The position numbers were made by a program, and so were the translations under genes. The notes beneath the pieces are model-generated. The model had not been told where the DNA came from. It saw only the letters and a list, made by a program, of their open reading frames with translations, and searched no databases. Shown here piece after piece: positions 47,304 to 58,379 of a DNA stretch of 64,000 bases. Source of the stretch: Woeseiaceae bacterium (GTDB lineage Bacteria; Pseudomonadota; Gammaproteobacteria; Steroidobacterales; Woeseiaceae); contig JBATHK010000022.1 in NCBI GenBank assembly GCA_049666725.1, positions 12,947-76,946 of the forward strand, written 5' to 3'. Position 1 is the first letter of the stretch; every line of letters begins with the position of its first letter.

Positions 47304-48195
47304 CGTCCGCGTCGCGCCCTGCTTCCGGCGTCAGAATCGTGACGGGTAGTTCGTCAATGAGCCTGCCCGGCAGCAGGATCTTGCCCTCATCGTTGGTGAG
47401 CGCGATCTGCGTCGGCGTTATTTCGAGTATTTCACCTTCGATGTCATCGATGCGGATGCGCACACCGGGACTCAGCTGTCGGCGGGCGGAGCGCATCCCG
47501 ATGAGGTTGCTTACATGGCTGCGCGCACCCAGGGCAAAAGCGACTGCCAGTCCGGTCAGCAGCGCGGCGACGCTGACGACAGACAGCGCGACCAGCAGGG
47601 CAACGTCGATACCAACCTGGTCGAGCCCGACAATCAGCGCCGTGGACATGACAAGGCCCTGTGCGACTCGTCCAAGCAGCAGGCTTTGCCTTGAACCGCC
47701 CGGCTTTGCCTGAGGAGCCACCTGTTCGCGCAGATAAACGCTCAGGAAAAAGCCGATCACGACGATTGCGATGCCGGCGACAAGGTTCGGCAGGTGCGCC
47801 GTGATTCGGTCGAGCCACTCAGCGACTGCGCTCAGTCCGGCGATGCCCGCGGCAATTGTCACGGTGATCAGGATGATCACCCAAAATACGATCTCGCCCA
47901 GGAGGGTTGTTACGAGCGTCGATACACGTGCTTCGGCCAGGAAGCCACTCGGGAACGCGCGCTCAAGAAAACTGTTGGACGCCTCCGCCAGTTTCCTAAC
48001 GGCGTGCCTGACGAGGCGGGCAACGATCCAGCCAAAAACGAGCAGCAGAATTGCAGCCAACAAGCTCGGAACATAGTCGGCGCCAACCCTGATTTGATCC
48101 CAGACCGCGTCGAGGTAAGAGCCGAACCAAGAGCTTTTGGATTCCATGGCGAAAGCATAGCGCGACGACCCATCGAGAACCAGATTGTTGATCAC
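47296..48195 (-). CDS. MscS-like mechanosensitive channel protein with TM-helix repeats
   Basis: 299 aa with repeated TM hairpins and a short beta domain (PGVRIRIDDIEGEILEITPTQIALTNDEGKILLP). GTG 48195 overlaps the upstream stop (TAGTG); ATG 48147 is an alternative start. Confidence 0.68.
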   Translation of the reverse strand: MINNLVLDGSSRYAFAMESKSSWFGSYLDAVWDQIRVGADYVPSLLAAILLLVFGWIVARLVRHAVRKLAEASNSFLERAFPSGFLAEARVSTLVTTLLGEIVFWVIILITVTIAAGIAGLSAVAEWLDRITAHLPNLVAGIAIVVIGFFLSVYLREQVAPQAKPGGSRQSLLLGRVAQGLVMSTALIVGLDQVGIDVALLVALSVVSVAALLTGLAVAFALGARSHVSNLIGMRSARRQLSPGVRIRIDDIEGEILEITPTQIALTNDEGKILLPGRLIDELPVTILTPEAGRDADDV

Positions 48196-49505
48196 TACTT
48201 CCGTTCGGCCAGGCTGTCGTTTTCCCTGCTATCGAACGCCCGGCCCAGCCGTGTGCCAACCCAGGCCCAGGTTGCGGCGATGGCCGAGCCGACCAGAGCA
48301 ACCGCTGCAAGTCCGAGACCGATCTTGTCCGTCAGGATTGCAAACAACGATCCGCTCACTGCATCGCCGCCACGGTAGACAACAATATCGATCACCGGCT
48401 TGGTCTTGAAACGATCTTCCTTACTGACATGGGTATACAACATCTCACGGGCCGGCCGCGTCAGGCCATAGTTACCGCCGCGCCGTACTACCTGCAAAGC
48501 GAGCAACACCGTCAGCACCGGCGCAAACGCGAGGATCAGCATGCCGATGCAAACCAGCACCGGCATAAGCGCAAGCCCCACCGGCATGCCCAGCTTGTCG
48601 ACAATCCGGCCCGTGAAAAAAAACGCCAGGCCGAACGTCAAAAGATTTACGATCCAGTCGATGCCTCCCAGGATCTGGGTGCGTTCTGCCCGAGTGAAAT
48701 CGGCGAGCAGGTTCTTTTGCTCAAAATAGACGAAAGAGCCGATGAACACATACAACAAAATGAACGCGCCGATGCCGAGCAGGTATGGATTGGCAACGAA
48801 CGACTTGAACCCGTGCCACCAGTTGCCACCCATCACGGCGCGGCTTGTATCCGCGGCAAGATCCTCGTTGCCGAGCTCCATGCTTTTCAGGCGGTACAGG
48901 TAAAAAACCAGCGGTATGACGAGCAGCAAGCCGGCGGACGCAATCAGCAGAAGATTATCCGTGCCCAAGGTGCCCGCGAACAGGGTCGGTATCGCCGGGC
49001 CGACCAGCGCGCCGGCACTTGCACCGGCACCAATAATTCCGAACAGCCGTTTGGCCTGACCTTTGTTGAACGTATCGGCCATGAATGTCCAGAAGACGGA
49101 CACATGGAACAAAGCAAAAACGCTCACCCAAAGATAAAACGCCTTGTCGATGAGTACACGATCCGACAGCGACGCAACGCCGAAATAGAAGCTGATAAAG
49201 GTCACAGCAAAAAAACCGTACACCGTCGGTATGATGCTTTTGAGCCTGATCCGCGATACCGCGAAACCATACACGGCGACGATGCCGGCGCTGACAAAGA
49301 AGTTGATGTTCCACAGGAAGCTGACTTCCGTGTCCGTCCAGTCGCTGGCCATCGCATCGCGAACCGGCCTCAGGATGTAGTACGACGCCATCAGGATGAA
49401 AACGAACAGCGTCGAAACAAACGTCGCCTTTAGCTCATTCGACTCGACGCCCGAAAGCGCTTTGGCGAGCCTCGTCCCAAAACCACGGCCCTTGTCTACA
49501 TTCAT
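48195..49505 (-). CDS. MFS transporter of the Tlc/NTP-NDP exchanger-like (AAA) family
   Basis: 436 aa with about 12 TM segments. The N-terminal NELKATFVSTLFVFILMASYYILRPVRDAM pattern resembles ATP/ADP-carrier-like bacterial MFS proteins. Confidence 0.65.
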   Translation of the reverse strand: MNVDKGRGFGTRLAKALSGVESNELKATFVSTLFVFILMASYYILRPVRDAMASDWTDTEVSFLWNINFFVSAGIVAVYGFAVSRIRLKSIIPTVYGFFAVTFISFYFGVASLSDRVLIDKAFYLWVSVFALFHVSVFWTFMADTFNKGQAKRLFGIIGAGASAGALVGPAIPTLFAGTLGTDNLLLIASAGLLLVIPLVFYLYRLKSMELGNEDLAADTSRAVMGGNWWHGFKSFVANPYLLGIGAFILLYVFIGSFVYFEQKNLLADFTRAERTQILGGIDWIVNLLTFGLAFFFTGRIVDKLGMPVGLALMPVLVCIGMLILAFAPVLTVLLALQVVRRGGNYGLTRPAREMLYTHVSKEDRFKTKPVIDIVVYRGGDAVSGSLFAILTDKIGLGLAAVALVGSAIAATWAWVGTRLGRAFDSRENDSLAERK

Positions 49506-49640
49506 CAGCTTGTAGCCTGTTGTTTTCTTATGCGGATAGGCTAGTATACCGCCGCTTTTCCCGCAGGATCGTCCGCTATCTTTTCATCAGCCATCAAACT
49601 GTTTTTCGCCCTGCTTGCTGTCTTCGCAATCGCCATTGGC

Positions 49641-50702
49641 GTGCTGTGGCTGCGCTCCTATCTGCCGGCCGATATGGAAGCTGCCCGAATTGATTGCCCG
49701 TCAGACGCCCCGGCATGGAATGCTGAGTCACCGCTCAAAGTCATGACGTACAACGTGCAGTACATGGCCAGCAAGAACTACGTCTTTTTCTATGACGTTG
49801 ACGTTAATGACCAGGCGCGGATTGATGCCGTGGAAAAGGCCGGCAAGGCCATTGCGAGTCGGCCGACCGCAGAACATGTCTTCTGGACGCTGGACAAGAT
49901 TGCGGACGTAATAAAGAAGGAAAACCCCGACGTCGTCCTGCTACAGGAAATCAATGGCAAAGAGGACAGCCGAACCTACTACACCGACCAGGTTGATGAA
50001 CTCTTGAAGAGGCTTCCCGGCGATCTTTACCCCTGCCAAACCGAGGCGCCCTACTGGAAAGCCGAGTTCATTTTTCACCCGGCAATACTGGGGCCGGTTG
50101 ACATGAAGCTGTTGACGTTATCGAAATATCGCATTACGAAATCGGTGCGCCACCAGCTACCGCGTATGTTGAGGAATTTTCTCGTTACGCCATTTCATTT
50201 CCAGAGAGCTTTACTCGAATCTCACATTGCCGCGGGCAGCGATGACACGGTGGCGTTGATCAATACGCACTTCGACGCCTGGGGTGCCGGCACCGGGATC
50301 ATGGACCGACAAATCGCCAGGACGCAAGAGCTGTTGCAGTCACTGGACGGCGCAAACATCCCCTGGGTTTTGGGTGGCGATCTGAACTTGTTACCGCCGG
50401 ACAACAATCGGCAACGGCAAAAAATCCATGCAGCCGGCACCGGTAATTATGATGAGAAGTCGCAAATCGAATTGCTGTACGAAAAGTATCGCGGTATCCC
50501 TGCTTTGCAGCATCTCAATTCGAACGACGCGCAGGCCTGGTACACGCAGTTCCCTAATGATCCGACGGTCAGCGCGCCCGATCGCACCATCGACTACCTG
50601 TTTTATAGCGACCAGTGGTCATTAATAGATGCTTATATCCGGCAGGAGGATACACTGGACCTTTCCGACCATCTTCCGGTTGTTGGTGTCTATTCTCTAT
50701 AG
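49641..50702 (+). CDS. endonuclease/exonuclease/phosphatase (EEP) family protein
   Basis: [28 protein letters not shown] and DHLPV are EEP catalytic blocks. The start is uncertain (see findings). Confidence 0.8.
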   Translation: MLWLRSYLPADMEAARIDCPSDAPAWNAESPLKVMTYNVQYMASKNYVFFYDVDVNDQARIDAVEKAGKAIASRPTAEHVFWTLDKIADVIKKENPDVVLLQEINGKEDSRTYYTDQVDELLKRLPGDLYPCQTEAPYWKAEFIFHPAILGPVDMKLLTLSKYRITKSVRHQLPRMLRNFLVTPFHFQRALLESHIAAGSDDTVALINTHFDAWGAGTGIMDRQIARTQELLQSLDGANIPWVLGGDLNLLPPDNNRQRQKIHAAGTGNYDEKSQIELLYEKYRGIPALQHLNSNDAQAWYTQFPNDPTVSAPDRTIDYLFYSDQWSLIDAYIRQEDTLDLSDHLPVVGVYSL

Positions 50703-51578
50703 CCGGCGAAGCGCCTCGATCCGCTCCGGGATCGGCGGATGACTCATGAACAGGCGTGACATCTTCTTCTTGGCGCCCCCCGAAATACCGAACGCCTGCA
50801 GCGCTTCGGGCAATTCGCCTGGCCTGCCTCGCTCGAGCCGCGCCAGTGCGTTGATCATGGGCTCGCGGCCGTTGAGCTTGGCCGAACCCGCATCGGCCCG
50901 GTACTCACGCAGACGCGATACCCACATCACGATCATGCTCGCGAGAATCCCGAGCAGTATCTGCGACACAATCACGGCAGCAAAGTATCCGATACCGTAG
51001 CCCCGGTCGTTTTTCAGGATCACGCGATCGACGAAGTGGCCAACGACGCGCGAGAGGAAGATGACGAACGTGTTAACCACGCCCTGAATCAGCGTCAAAG
51101 TGACCATGTCACCGTTGGCGACATGAGAGATCTCGTGGGCAAGGACCGCTTCAACCTCTTCCTTGGGCATGCTGTTCAGGAGACCCGTGCTTACCGCAAC
51201 GAGTGCCGCATTGCGGCGCGCACCGGTCGCAAACGCGTTCATGTCCGGTGAGTCATAGATCGCGACCTCCGGCATTTCGATGCCTGCCTGGCGCGCCTGG
51301 CGCTCGACCGTGTTGAGCAGCCAGGATTCCGCCGCATTGGACGGCTGCTTAATGACGCGCGCGCCCGTGCTGCGCTTGGCCATCCACTTCGAGATGGCGA
51401 GCGAGATGAACGAGCCGCCGAAACCGATGACCAGCGACAGGATCAGCAGGGACTGGTAATTGATGCCGATATTGCGCTCGTCGAGGATGCTGTCGACGCC
51501 GAGCAGCCGCAGCACGATACTCAACACCAGTATGACGGCGAGGTTGGTCGCCAGGAACAGCGCTACGCGCTTAAACAT
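50697..51578 (-). CDS. htpX: protease HtpX
   Basis: 293 aa with TM helices, the zinc motif [10 protein letters not shown] and a conserved C-terminus ([16 protein letters not shown]). Confidence 0.93.
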   Translation of the reverse strand: MFKRVALFLATNLAVILVLSIVLRLLGVDSILDERNIGINYQSLLILSLVIGFGGSFISLAISKWMAKRSTGARVIKQPSNAAESWLLNTVERQARQAGIEMPEVAIYDSPDMNAFATGARRNAALVAVSTGLLNSMPKEEVEAVLAHEISHVANGDMVTLTLIQGVVNTFVIFLSRVVGHFVDRVILKNDRGYGIGYFAAVIVSQILLGILASMIVMWVSRLREYRADAGSAKLNGREPMINALARLERGRPGELPEALQAFGISGGAKKKMSRLFMSHPPIPERIEALRRL

Positions 51579-51659
51579 CGTCGGATCTCCGAATTATATT
51601 GAGGTTCGATTCTGAGTCCTTTTGAGCCGATTTCAAGGCCTTGAGTTCCCGGGGCGGTC

Positions 51660-52859
51660 TCAAAGCACGCGCCCAAGGTCCTCGCAAAGGTCTTTGGCGT
51701 CCTCGAGGCCCACGGACAATCGGAACAAGCCATCGCCGGCCGTCGCACGGTAGCTCGCAAGCTCCTCACCTTCCAGGCAATAGGAGGATCCGATCAGGTC
51801 CTCGGTCTGCATCAGGTAAATCAGGCTGCGGTGGTGCCCGAGGGAAACGGCATAATGGATGACCTCGAGATCTGACATCATGCGTTCGGCGACCCGCTTC
51901 GCGTCGGCCACACGAAAAGCAACCATCCCGGAAAAATTGTCCATCTGCCGTTTGGCGAGTTCGTGCTGCGGGTGCGAGTCGAGCCCCGGATAGATCACGA
52001 CTTCCACGCGCGGATGATTTTGCAGAAACTCGACGACAGCAAACGCATTCTCTTCGTGTGCCCGCATGCGCATTGGCAACGTCGCCATGCCGCGCATGAT
52101 AAGCCAGGCATTAAACGGACTGATTACTCCACCATAGTGCGTCAGCGCCTCGCCACGGAGCGCCGAAATCAGTGCCTGCGAGCCGCAAATCGAGCCGCCC
52201 ATTGCATCGCCATGCCCACCGATGTATTTCGTCAGTGAATGCACCACCAGGTGCGCGCCGAGTTCCAGCGGTCGGGTCGCAATCGGCGTCGCAAACGTGG
52301 AATCGACGACCAGCAGCGCACGCTGTCTATTCGCGACGTCTGCCGCCGCTGCAATATCGGCCAGCCGGAGCAGCGGATTGGACGGCGTTTCGAGCCAGAT
52401 CATCTTGGTTTCACTGCGTATCGCGTTTTTAATGTATTCCGGTTCTCGCGTGTCGATCGGCGTCACGCTGATGCCAAAACGAGGCAGCGTTTGCCGTGCA
52501 AATTCCGCCGTTCCCGGGTAGTTGGTGCTGCTGATGACCAGGTGATCGCCCTTGCTCAGGAACTGCAGCAGGACCGCGGTCGTCGCCGCCATGCCCGAGG
52601 CCAGAGCAATGCAGGCTTCTGCCTGCTCCAGTGCTGCAAGTTTTTCTTCGAGCTGCGCGGTCGTCGGGTTGGACCATCGTGTGTAGATGAAGGGTGAGTC
52701 TGCGTCCAGGTTGGTGGCCGAGAAGCTGACTTCCTCGTCGATCAGGAACGAGCTCGACATGACCAGATCAGGGGCGGACGCGCCCGTGCTGGAGCGGCGC
52801 TCTTCGCCCGCGTGAATCGCTTTCGTGCTGATGCCCTTGTTTCTACTGTTACTGGTCAT
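51660..52859 (-). CDS. Cys/Met-metabolism PLP-dependent enzyme (cystathionine gamma-synthase/methionine gamma-lyase family)
   Basis: YTRWSNPT, ASGMAA, and SLTKYIGGHGD with the PLP lysine. Confidence 0.85.
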   Translation of the reverse strand: MTSNSRNKGISTKAIHAGEERRSSTGASAPDLVMSSSFLIDEEVSFSATNLDADSPFIYTRWSNPTTAQLEEKLAALEQAEACIALASGMAATTAVLLQFLSKGDHLVISSTNYPGTAEFARQTLPRFGISVTPIDTREPEYIKNAIRSETKMIWLETPSNPLLRLADIAAAADVANRQRALLVVDSTFATPIATRPLELGAHLVVHSLTKYIGGHGDAMGGSICGSQALISALRGEALTHYGGVISPFNAWLIMRGMATLPMRMRAHEENAFAVVEFLQNHPRVEVVIYPGLDSHPQHELAKRQMDNFSGMVAFRVADAKRVAERMMSDLEVIHYAVSLGHHRSLIYLMQTEDLIGSSYCLEGEELASYRATAGDGLFRLSVGLEDAKDLCEDLGRVL

Positions 52860-52909
52860 GTCCAGGTCACAACGCTGTTTTCATCTGGTAGCGATAGTGT
52901 ATATCTCAT

Positions 52910-54262
52910 TCAATGTAGCGGTGCACGATGCGGCGATTGTTTTTCCGCTTGCCAGGTAAATGAAATCAGGACTATCGCCAGTACGCAGGCAGCCGCGATC
53001 AGCTCGAAGCCCGCGTCCCAGCCGGCCGCGTCAACCACCATACCTATGACAATGTTGGCGGCGACCGCACCGCCGACGTAGCCGAACAGCCCGGTAAATC
53101 CGGCCGCGGTTCCAGCCGCCTTTTTCGGTGCAAGATCCAGTGCATGCACGCCGATGAGCATAACCGGTCCATAGATAAAGAAACCGATACCGATCAGCAT
53201 CGCAATATCGACATTTGGGTGGCCAACCGGATTCCGCCAATAGACCAGCACGCAGACCAGCGTGAGCAGCAAAAAAAGTATCGATGCCGGCGCGCGACGC
53301 CCCTTGAAGACCTTGTCTGACAGCCATCCGCAGAGCAGGGTGCCGGGAATTCCGGCGAATTCATAAAACGCGTACGCCCATCCGGAATCGGCAAACGCAA
53401 ACTGCTTCACCTCACTCAGGTAAGTCGGCGCCCAGTCCAGCACGCCGTAGCGCACGAAATAGACGAAAGCATTCGCCAAAGCAATCGTCCACAAGAGTTT
53501 GTTGTTGAGCACATATTCTAGAAAGATTTCTTTCGCCGAGAATTCGTGTTCGTGAGTTTCGCTGTAAGCAAAATCCCTGGGGTAATCGTCGCGATGTTTC
53601 TCGATATTTGGCAAACCTGCCGACTGCGGCGCGTCACGGACGGTCAGCAAAATGAACACCGCAATCGCGATCGCGAAGAAACCGTGCAGATACAGAATCG
53701 CATGCCAGTCCGCGAATATGGCCATCGCGAGAATTGCGATCGGACCAACCATGCCACCACCAATATTGTGCGCAACGTTCCAGATGGCCATCTTGGTGCC
53801 GCGTTCGTTGGTCGAAAACCAGTGCACCATAACCCGCCCGGACGGCGGCCAACCCATACCCTGAAACCAGCCGTTTATCAGTAGCAGCCCGAACATGAAG
53901 GTAACCGAGCTGGTGGCAAGCGGTACCGTGCCCATCACGATCATGACAAGCGCGGAACAAAACAGCCCCAGCGACATGAAAACCCGCGCATTGCTGCGGT
54001 CGGAGACGCTGCCCATGATGAATTTGGACACGCCGTACGCGATAGCCACTCCGGATAACGCCAGGCCGAGGTCTGTTTTCGAGTAGCCTTGCTCGACCAG
54101 GTGGGGCATCGCGAGCGCAAAGTTCTTCCGCACAAGGTAGTAGCCGGCGTAGCCGACAAAGATACCGAGGAATACCTGTAGCCGGAGACGCCGGTAGGTC
54201 GCGTCGATCTTGTCATTTGGTAACGGGCTACGATGCGCAGCCGGTTTGAGAAAACCGATCAC
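52910..54262 (-). CDS. glpT: glycerol-3-phosphate transporter GlpT
   Basis: Collinear with E. coli GlpT by eye ([73 protein letters not shown]). Confidence 0.9.
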   Translation of the reverse strand: MIGFLKPAAHRSPLPNDKIDATYRRLRLQVFLGIFVGYAGYYLVRKNFALAMPHLVEQGYSKTDLGLALSGVAIAYGVSKFIMGSVSDRSNARVFMSLGLFCSALVMIVMGTVPLATSSVTFMFGLLLINGWFQGMGWPPSGRVMVHWFSTNERGTKMAIWNVAHNIGGGMVGPIAILAMAIFADWHAILYLHGFFAIAIAVFILLTVRDAPQSAGLPNIEKHRDDYPRDFAYSETHEHEFSAKEIFLEYVLNNKLLWTIALANAFVYFVRYGVLDWAPTYLSEVKQFAFADSGWAYAFYEFAGIPGTLLCGWLSDKVFKGRRAPASILFLLLTLVCVLVYWRNPVGHPNVDIAMLIGIGFFIYGPVMLIGVHALDLAPKKAAGTAAGFTGLFGYVGGAVAANIVIGMVVDAAGWDAGFELIAAACVLAIVLISFTWQAEKQSPHRAPLH

Positions 54263-55314
54263 AAATTAGACTCGATGTACTCAACCGTAGAATCGGGGAA
54301 ATCGGTGAACACGCCGTCTACGCCGATATCGTCCAGGAAGATTTTCAGGAGATCATCGTAGTCATCTGCATATGCCGGCAGCAGGTCACGACGAAACGTG
54401 TATGGATGGACAGCGAGGCCCAGCTCGTGTGCGAGCTCAACAAGGTTGGTGATCTGCAGTTTTCCCGCGACTGAACCGGGCGCCACAATCAACTGCATCG
54501 ACGGACCGATGCCGTCAGCGTACGTGGCAACTGATTTTATCCCCGCCGCTGTTAGCGCCGGCCGAAATTCGGGTTCCGTACCCAGCAGCTGAACCAGCGG
54601 TACGGTCATATTCATGGCAGGAAAAAGCTCGCCACGAATGCGCTGCAACTCGTTGCCATCGAAACACTGCAGAAAAACGCTGTCTCGCTGTTCGTCATAG
54701 CCGTAGGCCTTCAGAACCTCGAGTACTGCGGCGGAGATGTCCTTGCCTTCACTGCGGTGGAATGCCGGGCTCTTAATCTCCGGGTAAATTCCCACCGAGC
54801 GGCCAGTCGACTGGTTGAGACCCTGGATTAATTCTATTTCTTCCGCGAACGTACTGATTCGAAACGACGATTTCTCGAGCGGAAAACGAGATTCGAAAAT
54901 CGCGGTTTTCACTCCATCAGACAGCCTGAAGCGTTCCGACACCGCCAAAGTCCTAAGTTCTGCCAAGGTAAAGTCGATAACGTAATAACGGCCATCTGCC
55001 CTGCTCCTGTCCGGGAATACATCACGGACATTGGTGACTGTATCGAGATAATGATCGTGCAAGACCACCACCTGATCGTCCCGGGTCATGACGAGATCTT
55101 GCTCGATGAAATGCGCCCCCTGAGCGTAGGCCATCGCTTTTGCCGCGAGCGTGTGCTCGGGTAAATAGCCGCTGGCTCCGCGGTGTGCAATCACCAGCTT
55201 GTTTTGCCACAGCGTCACGCGATCCTTGCCGACCAATACCCGATCATTGACGGTCACCACACAACCGACGAGGAACACCGTGGCGAGCAAAGCCGTCGCC
55301 CTGACTGCTTTCAT
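54259..55314 (-). CDS. glpQ: glycerophosphodiester phosphodiesterase GlpQ (periplasmic)
   Basis: [48 protein letters not shown]...[14 protein letters not shown] tracks E. coli GlpQ. Lipoprotein-like signal (LVGC). Confidence 0.88.
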   Translation of the reverse strand: MKAVRATALLATVFLVGCVVTVNDRVLVGKDRVTLWQNKLVIAHRGASGYLPEHTLAAKAMAYAQGAHFIEQDLVMTRDDQVVVLHDHYLDTVTNVRDVFPDRSRADGRYYVIDFTLAELRTLAVSERFRLSDGVKTAIFESRFPLEKSSFRISTFAEEIELIQGLNQSTGRSVGIYPEIKSPAFHRSEGKDISAAVLEVLKAYGYDEQRDSVFLQCFDGNELQRIRGELFPAMNMTVPLVQLLGTEPEFRPALTAAGIKSVATYADGIGPSMQLIVAPGSVAGKLQITNLVELAHELGLAVHPYTFRRDLLPAYADDYDDLLKIFLDDIGVDGVFTDFPDSTVEYIESNL

Positions 55315-55325
55315 ATTTCGCGCCT

Positions 55326-57146
55326 TCAGCTGCTTGCGGCTATGTACTGGTCGACAATCCTCTCGAGGATATCCATTGGCACCGCACCATTCTTCAAAAC
55401 GACATCGTGAAAGTCACGAAGATCGAACCTGTCCCCCAGCTCGTTCATCGCCTTCTGGCGTAATTCCAGGATCTTCATCATGCCGACCTTGTACGCGGTC
55501 GCCTGGCCCGGCATGACTATATAGCGCTCAATCTCTGCAACGACATCACTCTCGGCCATGCCTGTATTTACCAGCATGTAATCGATGGCTTCTTCACGCG
55601 TCCAGCGTTCATGGTGAATTCCCGTGTCGACGACCAGCCGCACGGCCCTGAAAAGTTCTGCGGTGAGGCGGCCGATATTGTCGGCGGGCGTTGGCATCAG
55701 GCCCTGCTCCCACGCGACGCGCTCTGCATAGAGCGCCCAGCCTTCGATGTAGGCGGTAAAGAGCGGGAACTTGCGAATCAACGGCACGCCCTCCAGTTCC
55801 ATCGCGATCGCGACCTGGAAATGGTGCCCGGGAATACCCTCGTGAGCCGCCAGCGTTCGCATACCAAATTTGGGCGTGGCCTTGATGTCATACAGGTTTG
55901 CGTAAAAACGTCCCGGTCGGGTCCCGTCGATCGAAGGCTGTTCGTAGTACGCGCCTGGCGATGTCTTCTCCTTGAACGCGGGGATGCGGACAACTTCGAG
56001 ACCGGCCTTTGGGCGGATATTGAAAGAAGCATCCAGGCCCGCGTCGATTTCGTCGAGGATTTTCTGGTAGTCCTCGAGAATCTGAGCACGTCCCTCGTCG
56101 TTGTCATCGTAGTAGAACTCCGGCAGCGCCGAATAGGCGTCCATGGCGTCCGTGAAGCCCAGCGAAACATCGATGCCTTGCGAGGCAAATATTTCCAGCA
56201 TCTCGGCTTGGATACGTGCGACCTCAGACAGACCGATCTGGTGTATCTCATCCGCCGTGTAGTCCGTCGTCGTGAATAACCGCAACGCCATTTTGTACGC
56301 CGCCGCCCCGTCCGGCAGGTGCCAGTAACCATCGTCGTTACCGGCTTTCGCTTCCAGCTCGCTGAAGTAGTTGATGAACAGATCGTACGAGGGATAAACG
56401 TTCTCGTTTATCGATACCTCTACCCGATTCAGTATGTCCTCGGCCTGGCCCTCATCAATCTCGTCTGCTTCGCTGAGTTTTTCGGCCAGTGACGTGTACA
56501 GAATATTCTCCTGTGCCGGCGTCGCCACGAAATCACGCATTTGTTCGAGGACACGATCGATCACGAAACGCGGCGGAATGATGTCCTTGCCTTCGCGAAT
56601 CTTCAGACCGAGAAGGTACTGCTCATGCTTGCGTGGCAACTCGCTCATGCGCGAGAGGTAATGCTCTGCATCCTCAAGCGAGTGAACCTGGTGGCTCGAG
56701 TCCATGAAACTCGGAAACGCGCTCTGGATGCCCCTCATCTGGTTGGCCGGATAGGTGTGATAACGAAATGGCTCTGCATCAGCGATCATGCTGGTCAGGT
56801 ACAGGACGATCTCCTTCGAGAGCCTCTGGTCAGCATCAAGGTCTTCGTCATCGTATTGCAACAGGCCATCGCCAAATACCTTCATTTCGTCGAAGAACTC
56901 GTCCGTCCTGTCCGGATGCACGTCATCGAGGTGGGCGTTGTGACCGTTGATGCCCATCGACTCGAGAAAACCCAGGGACGTCAGCGTTTCAGGATCTTCG
57001 AAAGCGACTTTCAGCATCTGCCGGTCGAGATAGGCGCGGAACATGAACGGCTTTTCGGCATACCACTCGTGCGCCGCGAACGATCCGCCCAGCACGATAA
57101 CGACCAGCAGCGTCAGGCCGATCCACTTGAATATCTTCTTGATCAT
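55326..57146 (-). CDS. DUF885 domain-containing protein
   Basis: 606 aa with an N-terminal anchor and the characteristic HEGIPGHHFQ block of DUF885. Confidence 0.82.
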   Translation of the reverse strand: MIKKIFKWIGLTLLVVIVLGGSFAAHEWYAEKPFMFRAYLDRQMLKVAFEDPETLTSLGFLESMGINGHNAHLDDVHPDRTDEFFDEMKVFGDGLLQYDDEDLDADQRLSKEIVLYLTSMIADAEPFRYHTYPANQMRGIQSAFPSFMDSSHQVHSLEDAEHYLSRMSELPRKHEQYLLGLKIREGKDIIPPRFVIDRVLEQMRDFVATPAQENILYTSLAEKLSEADEIDEGQAEDILNRVEVSINENVYPSYDLFINYFSELEAKAGNDDGYWHLPDGAAAYKMALRLFTTTDYTADEIHQIGLSEVARIQAEMLEIFASQGIDVSLGFTDAMDAYSALPEFYYDDNDEGRAQILEDYQKILDEIDAGLDASFNIRPKAGLEVVRIPAFKEKTSPGAYYEQPSIDGTRPGRFYANLYDIKATPKFGMRTLAAHEGIPGHHFQVAIAMELEGVPLIRKFPLFTAYIEGWALYAERVAWEQGLMPTPADNIGRLTAELFRAVRLVVDTGIHHERWTREEAIDYMLVNTGMAESDVVAEIERYIVMPGQATAYKVGMMKILELRQKAMNELGDRFDLRDFHDVVLKNGAVPMDILERIVDQYIAASS

Positions 57147-57200
57147 TAAACTACCTTTTCCCGGCGCTCGATTTTCTCGTGATGATCACTATACCTGCGA

Positions 57201-57677
57201 TCAGGATCGCTCGTATGTGCCCACGAGTCGGTTCATCGCAATGACGTCAGGCTCGATCTTCTCAAGGAGATCCCACATAGCAAGTCCCGGCTCGAGCACG
57301 GGCTCGGAATCCAGGGCGAGCAGCCAGAAAAAATAGTGGTGAGGCCCGTGACCCTCGGGCGGCATGGGACCGCCATAGCCGTTGTTGCCGAAGTTGTTGA
57401 CGCCCTGCGTGTAGTCTTCGGTTCCCTCTGCCAACTGAGATACCGACCCCGGGATGCCGTACAGCACCCAGTGCACAAAACCATAATTGCCGGGCGAGAC
57501 GAGTGGCGCGTCCGGATCGTGGCAGATCAGCGCGAAGGAAGCCGCGCCGTCAGGTGCACCCGACCAGGACAGTGCCGGCGAGACATCGGCGCCTTCGCCG
57601 GTATGGCGCGCAGGAATGCTTCCGCCATGATCAAAAGCGGAGCTCGTCAATTTCATGTCTGATAGCGCGAATCCCAT
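57201..57677 (-). CDS. YbhB/YbcL family Raf-kinase-inhibitor-like (PEBP) protein
   Basis: 158 aa. LICHDPDAP, HWVLYGIP, GYGGP.PP.GHGPHHY is the PEBP pattern. Confidence 0.88.
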   Translation of the reverse strand: MGFALSDMKLTSSAFDHGGSIPARHTGEGADVSPALSWSGAPDGAASFALICHDPDAPLVSPGNYGFVHWVLYGIPGSVSQLAEGTEDYTQGVNNFGNNGYGGPMPPEGHGPHHYFFWLLALDSEPVLEPGLAMWDLLEKIEPDVIAMNRLVGTYERS

Positions 57678-57848
57678 GGTGGCTTCTCCTCGTTCGTTAT
57701 GTGAAAACTCATCTTCCCATACACATCCCTCTGCCGCATAGGCAGATTCCGAGACTCATTTTTGCGGCCGAAGGGCGTAGGCTGATGCCTACCGGGCACG
57801 CCTGATTCGGGGGAACGACGTGTCTGTGGAAGATACAAGGAGAGAATC

Positions 57849-58304
57849 ATGCCTGGGTCACGACTCAAAGAATTTCTCGACAAAGAGCACGTCAAGTACG
57901 TCACCATCGCTCACTCGCCGGCCTTCACGGCGCAGGAAATAGCCGAGATGACGCATATTCCCGGCAAGGAAGTCGCGAAGACTGTCGTCGTTAAAATCGA
58001 CGGTAAGATGTCGATGGTGGTCACGCCGGCCTCCGAGCACGTCAAGCTGAACAAGCTCAAAGAAGCGCTTGGCGCCACTAAGGTCGAACTCGCCAGCGAG
58101 AGTGAATTCAAAGGTTCATTCCCGGATTGCGAGACAGGTGCCATGCCGCCGTTCGGCAACCTTTACGACATGAAGGTATTCGTCTCGCAGACGCTCAGGG
58201 AAGATGAGCAGATTGCTTTTAACGCCGGCTCGCACAGCGAGCTGGTACGTCTGCCGTATACGGAGTTTGAGCGCCTCGTCGAACCGATACCGTTTGCTGG
58301 ATAG
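57849..58304 (+). CDS. YbaK/aminoacyl-tRNA-synthetase-associated (deacylase-like) domain protein
   Basis: 151 aa after AAGGAGAG. KTVVVKIDGKMSMVV and GAMPPFGNLY resemble the YbaK/ProX editing-domain fold. Confidence 0.75.
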   Translation: MPGSRLKEFLDKEHVKYVTIAHSPAFTAQEIAEMTHIPGKEVAKTVVVKIDGKMSMVVTPASEHVKLNKLKEALGATKVELASESEFKGSFPDCETGAMPPFGNLYDMKVFVSQTLREDEQIAFNAGSHSELVRLPYTEFERLVEPIPFAG

Positions 58305-58379
58305 CCGGCATCATCGACAGATACTGTTCCTGATGGTTGAAATCCACCGGGTTTTGCCGGTCGGCTGACCGCAAACATC

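Noticed and set aside
50697-57146. Co-directional block DUF885-glpQ-glpT-PLP enzyme-htpX, as a functional system
   Set aside because: Only glpQ and glpT overlap and have a known functional link. The other genes are separated by 11-81 bp gaps and have unrelated housekeeping roles, so nothing supports a joint function.
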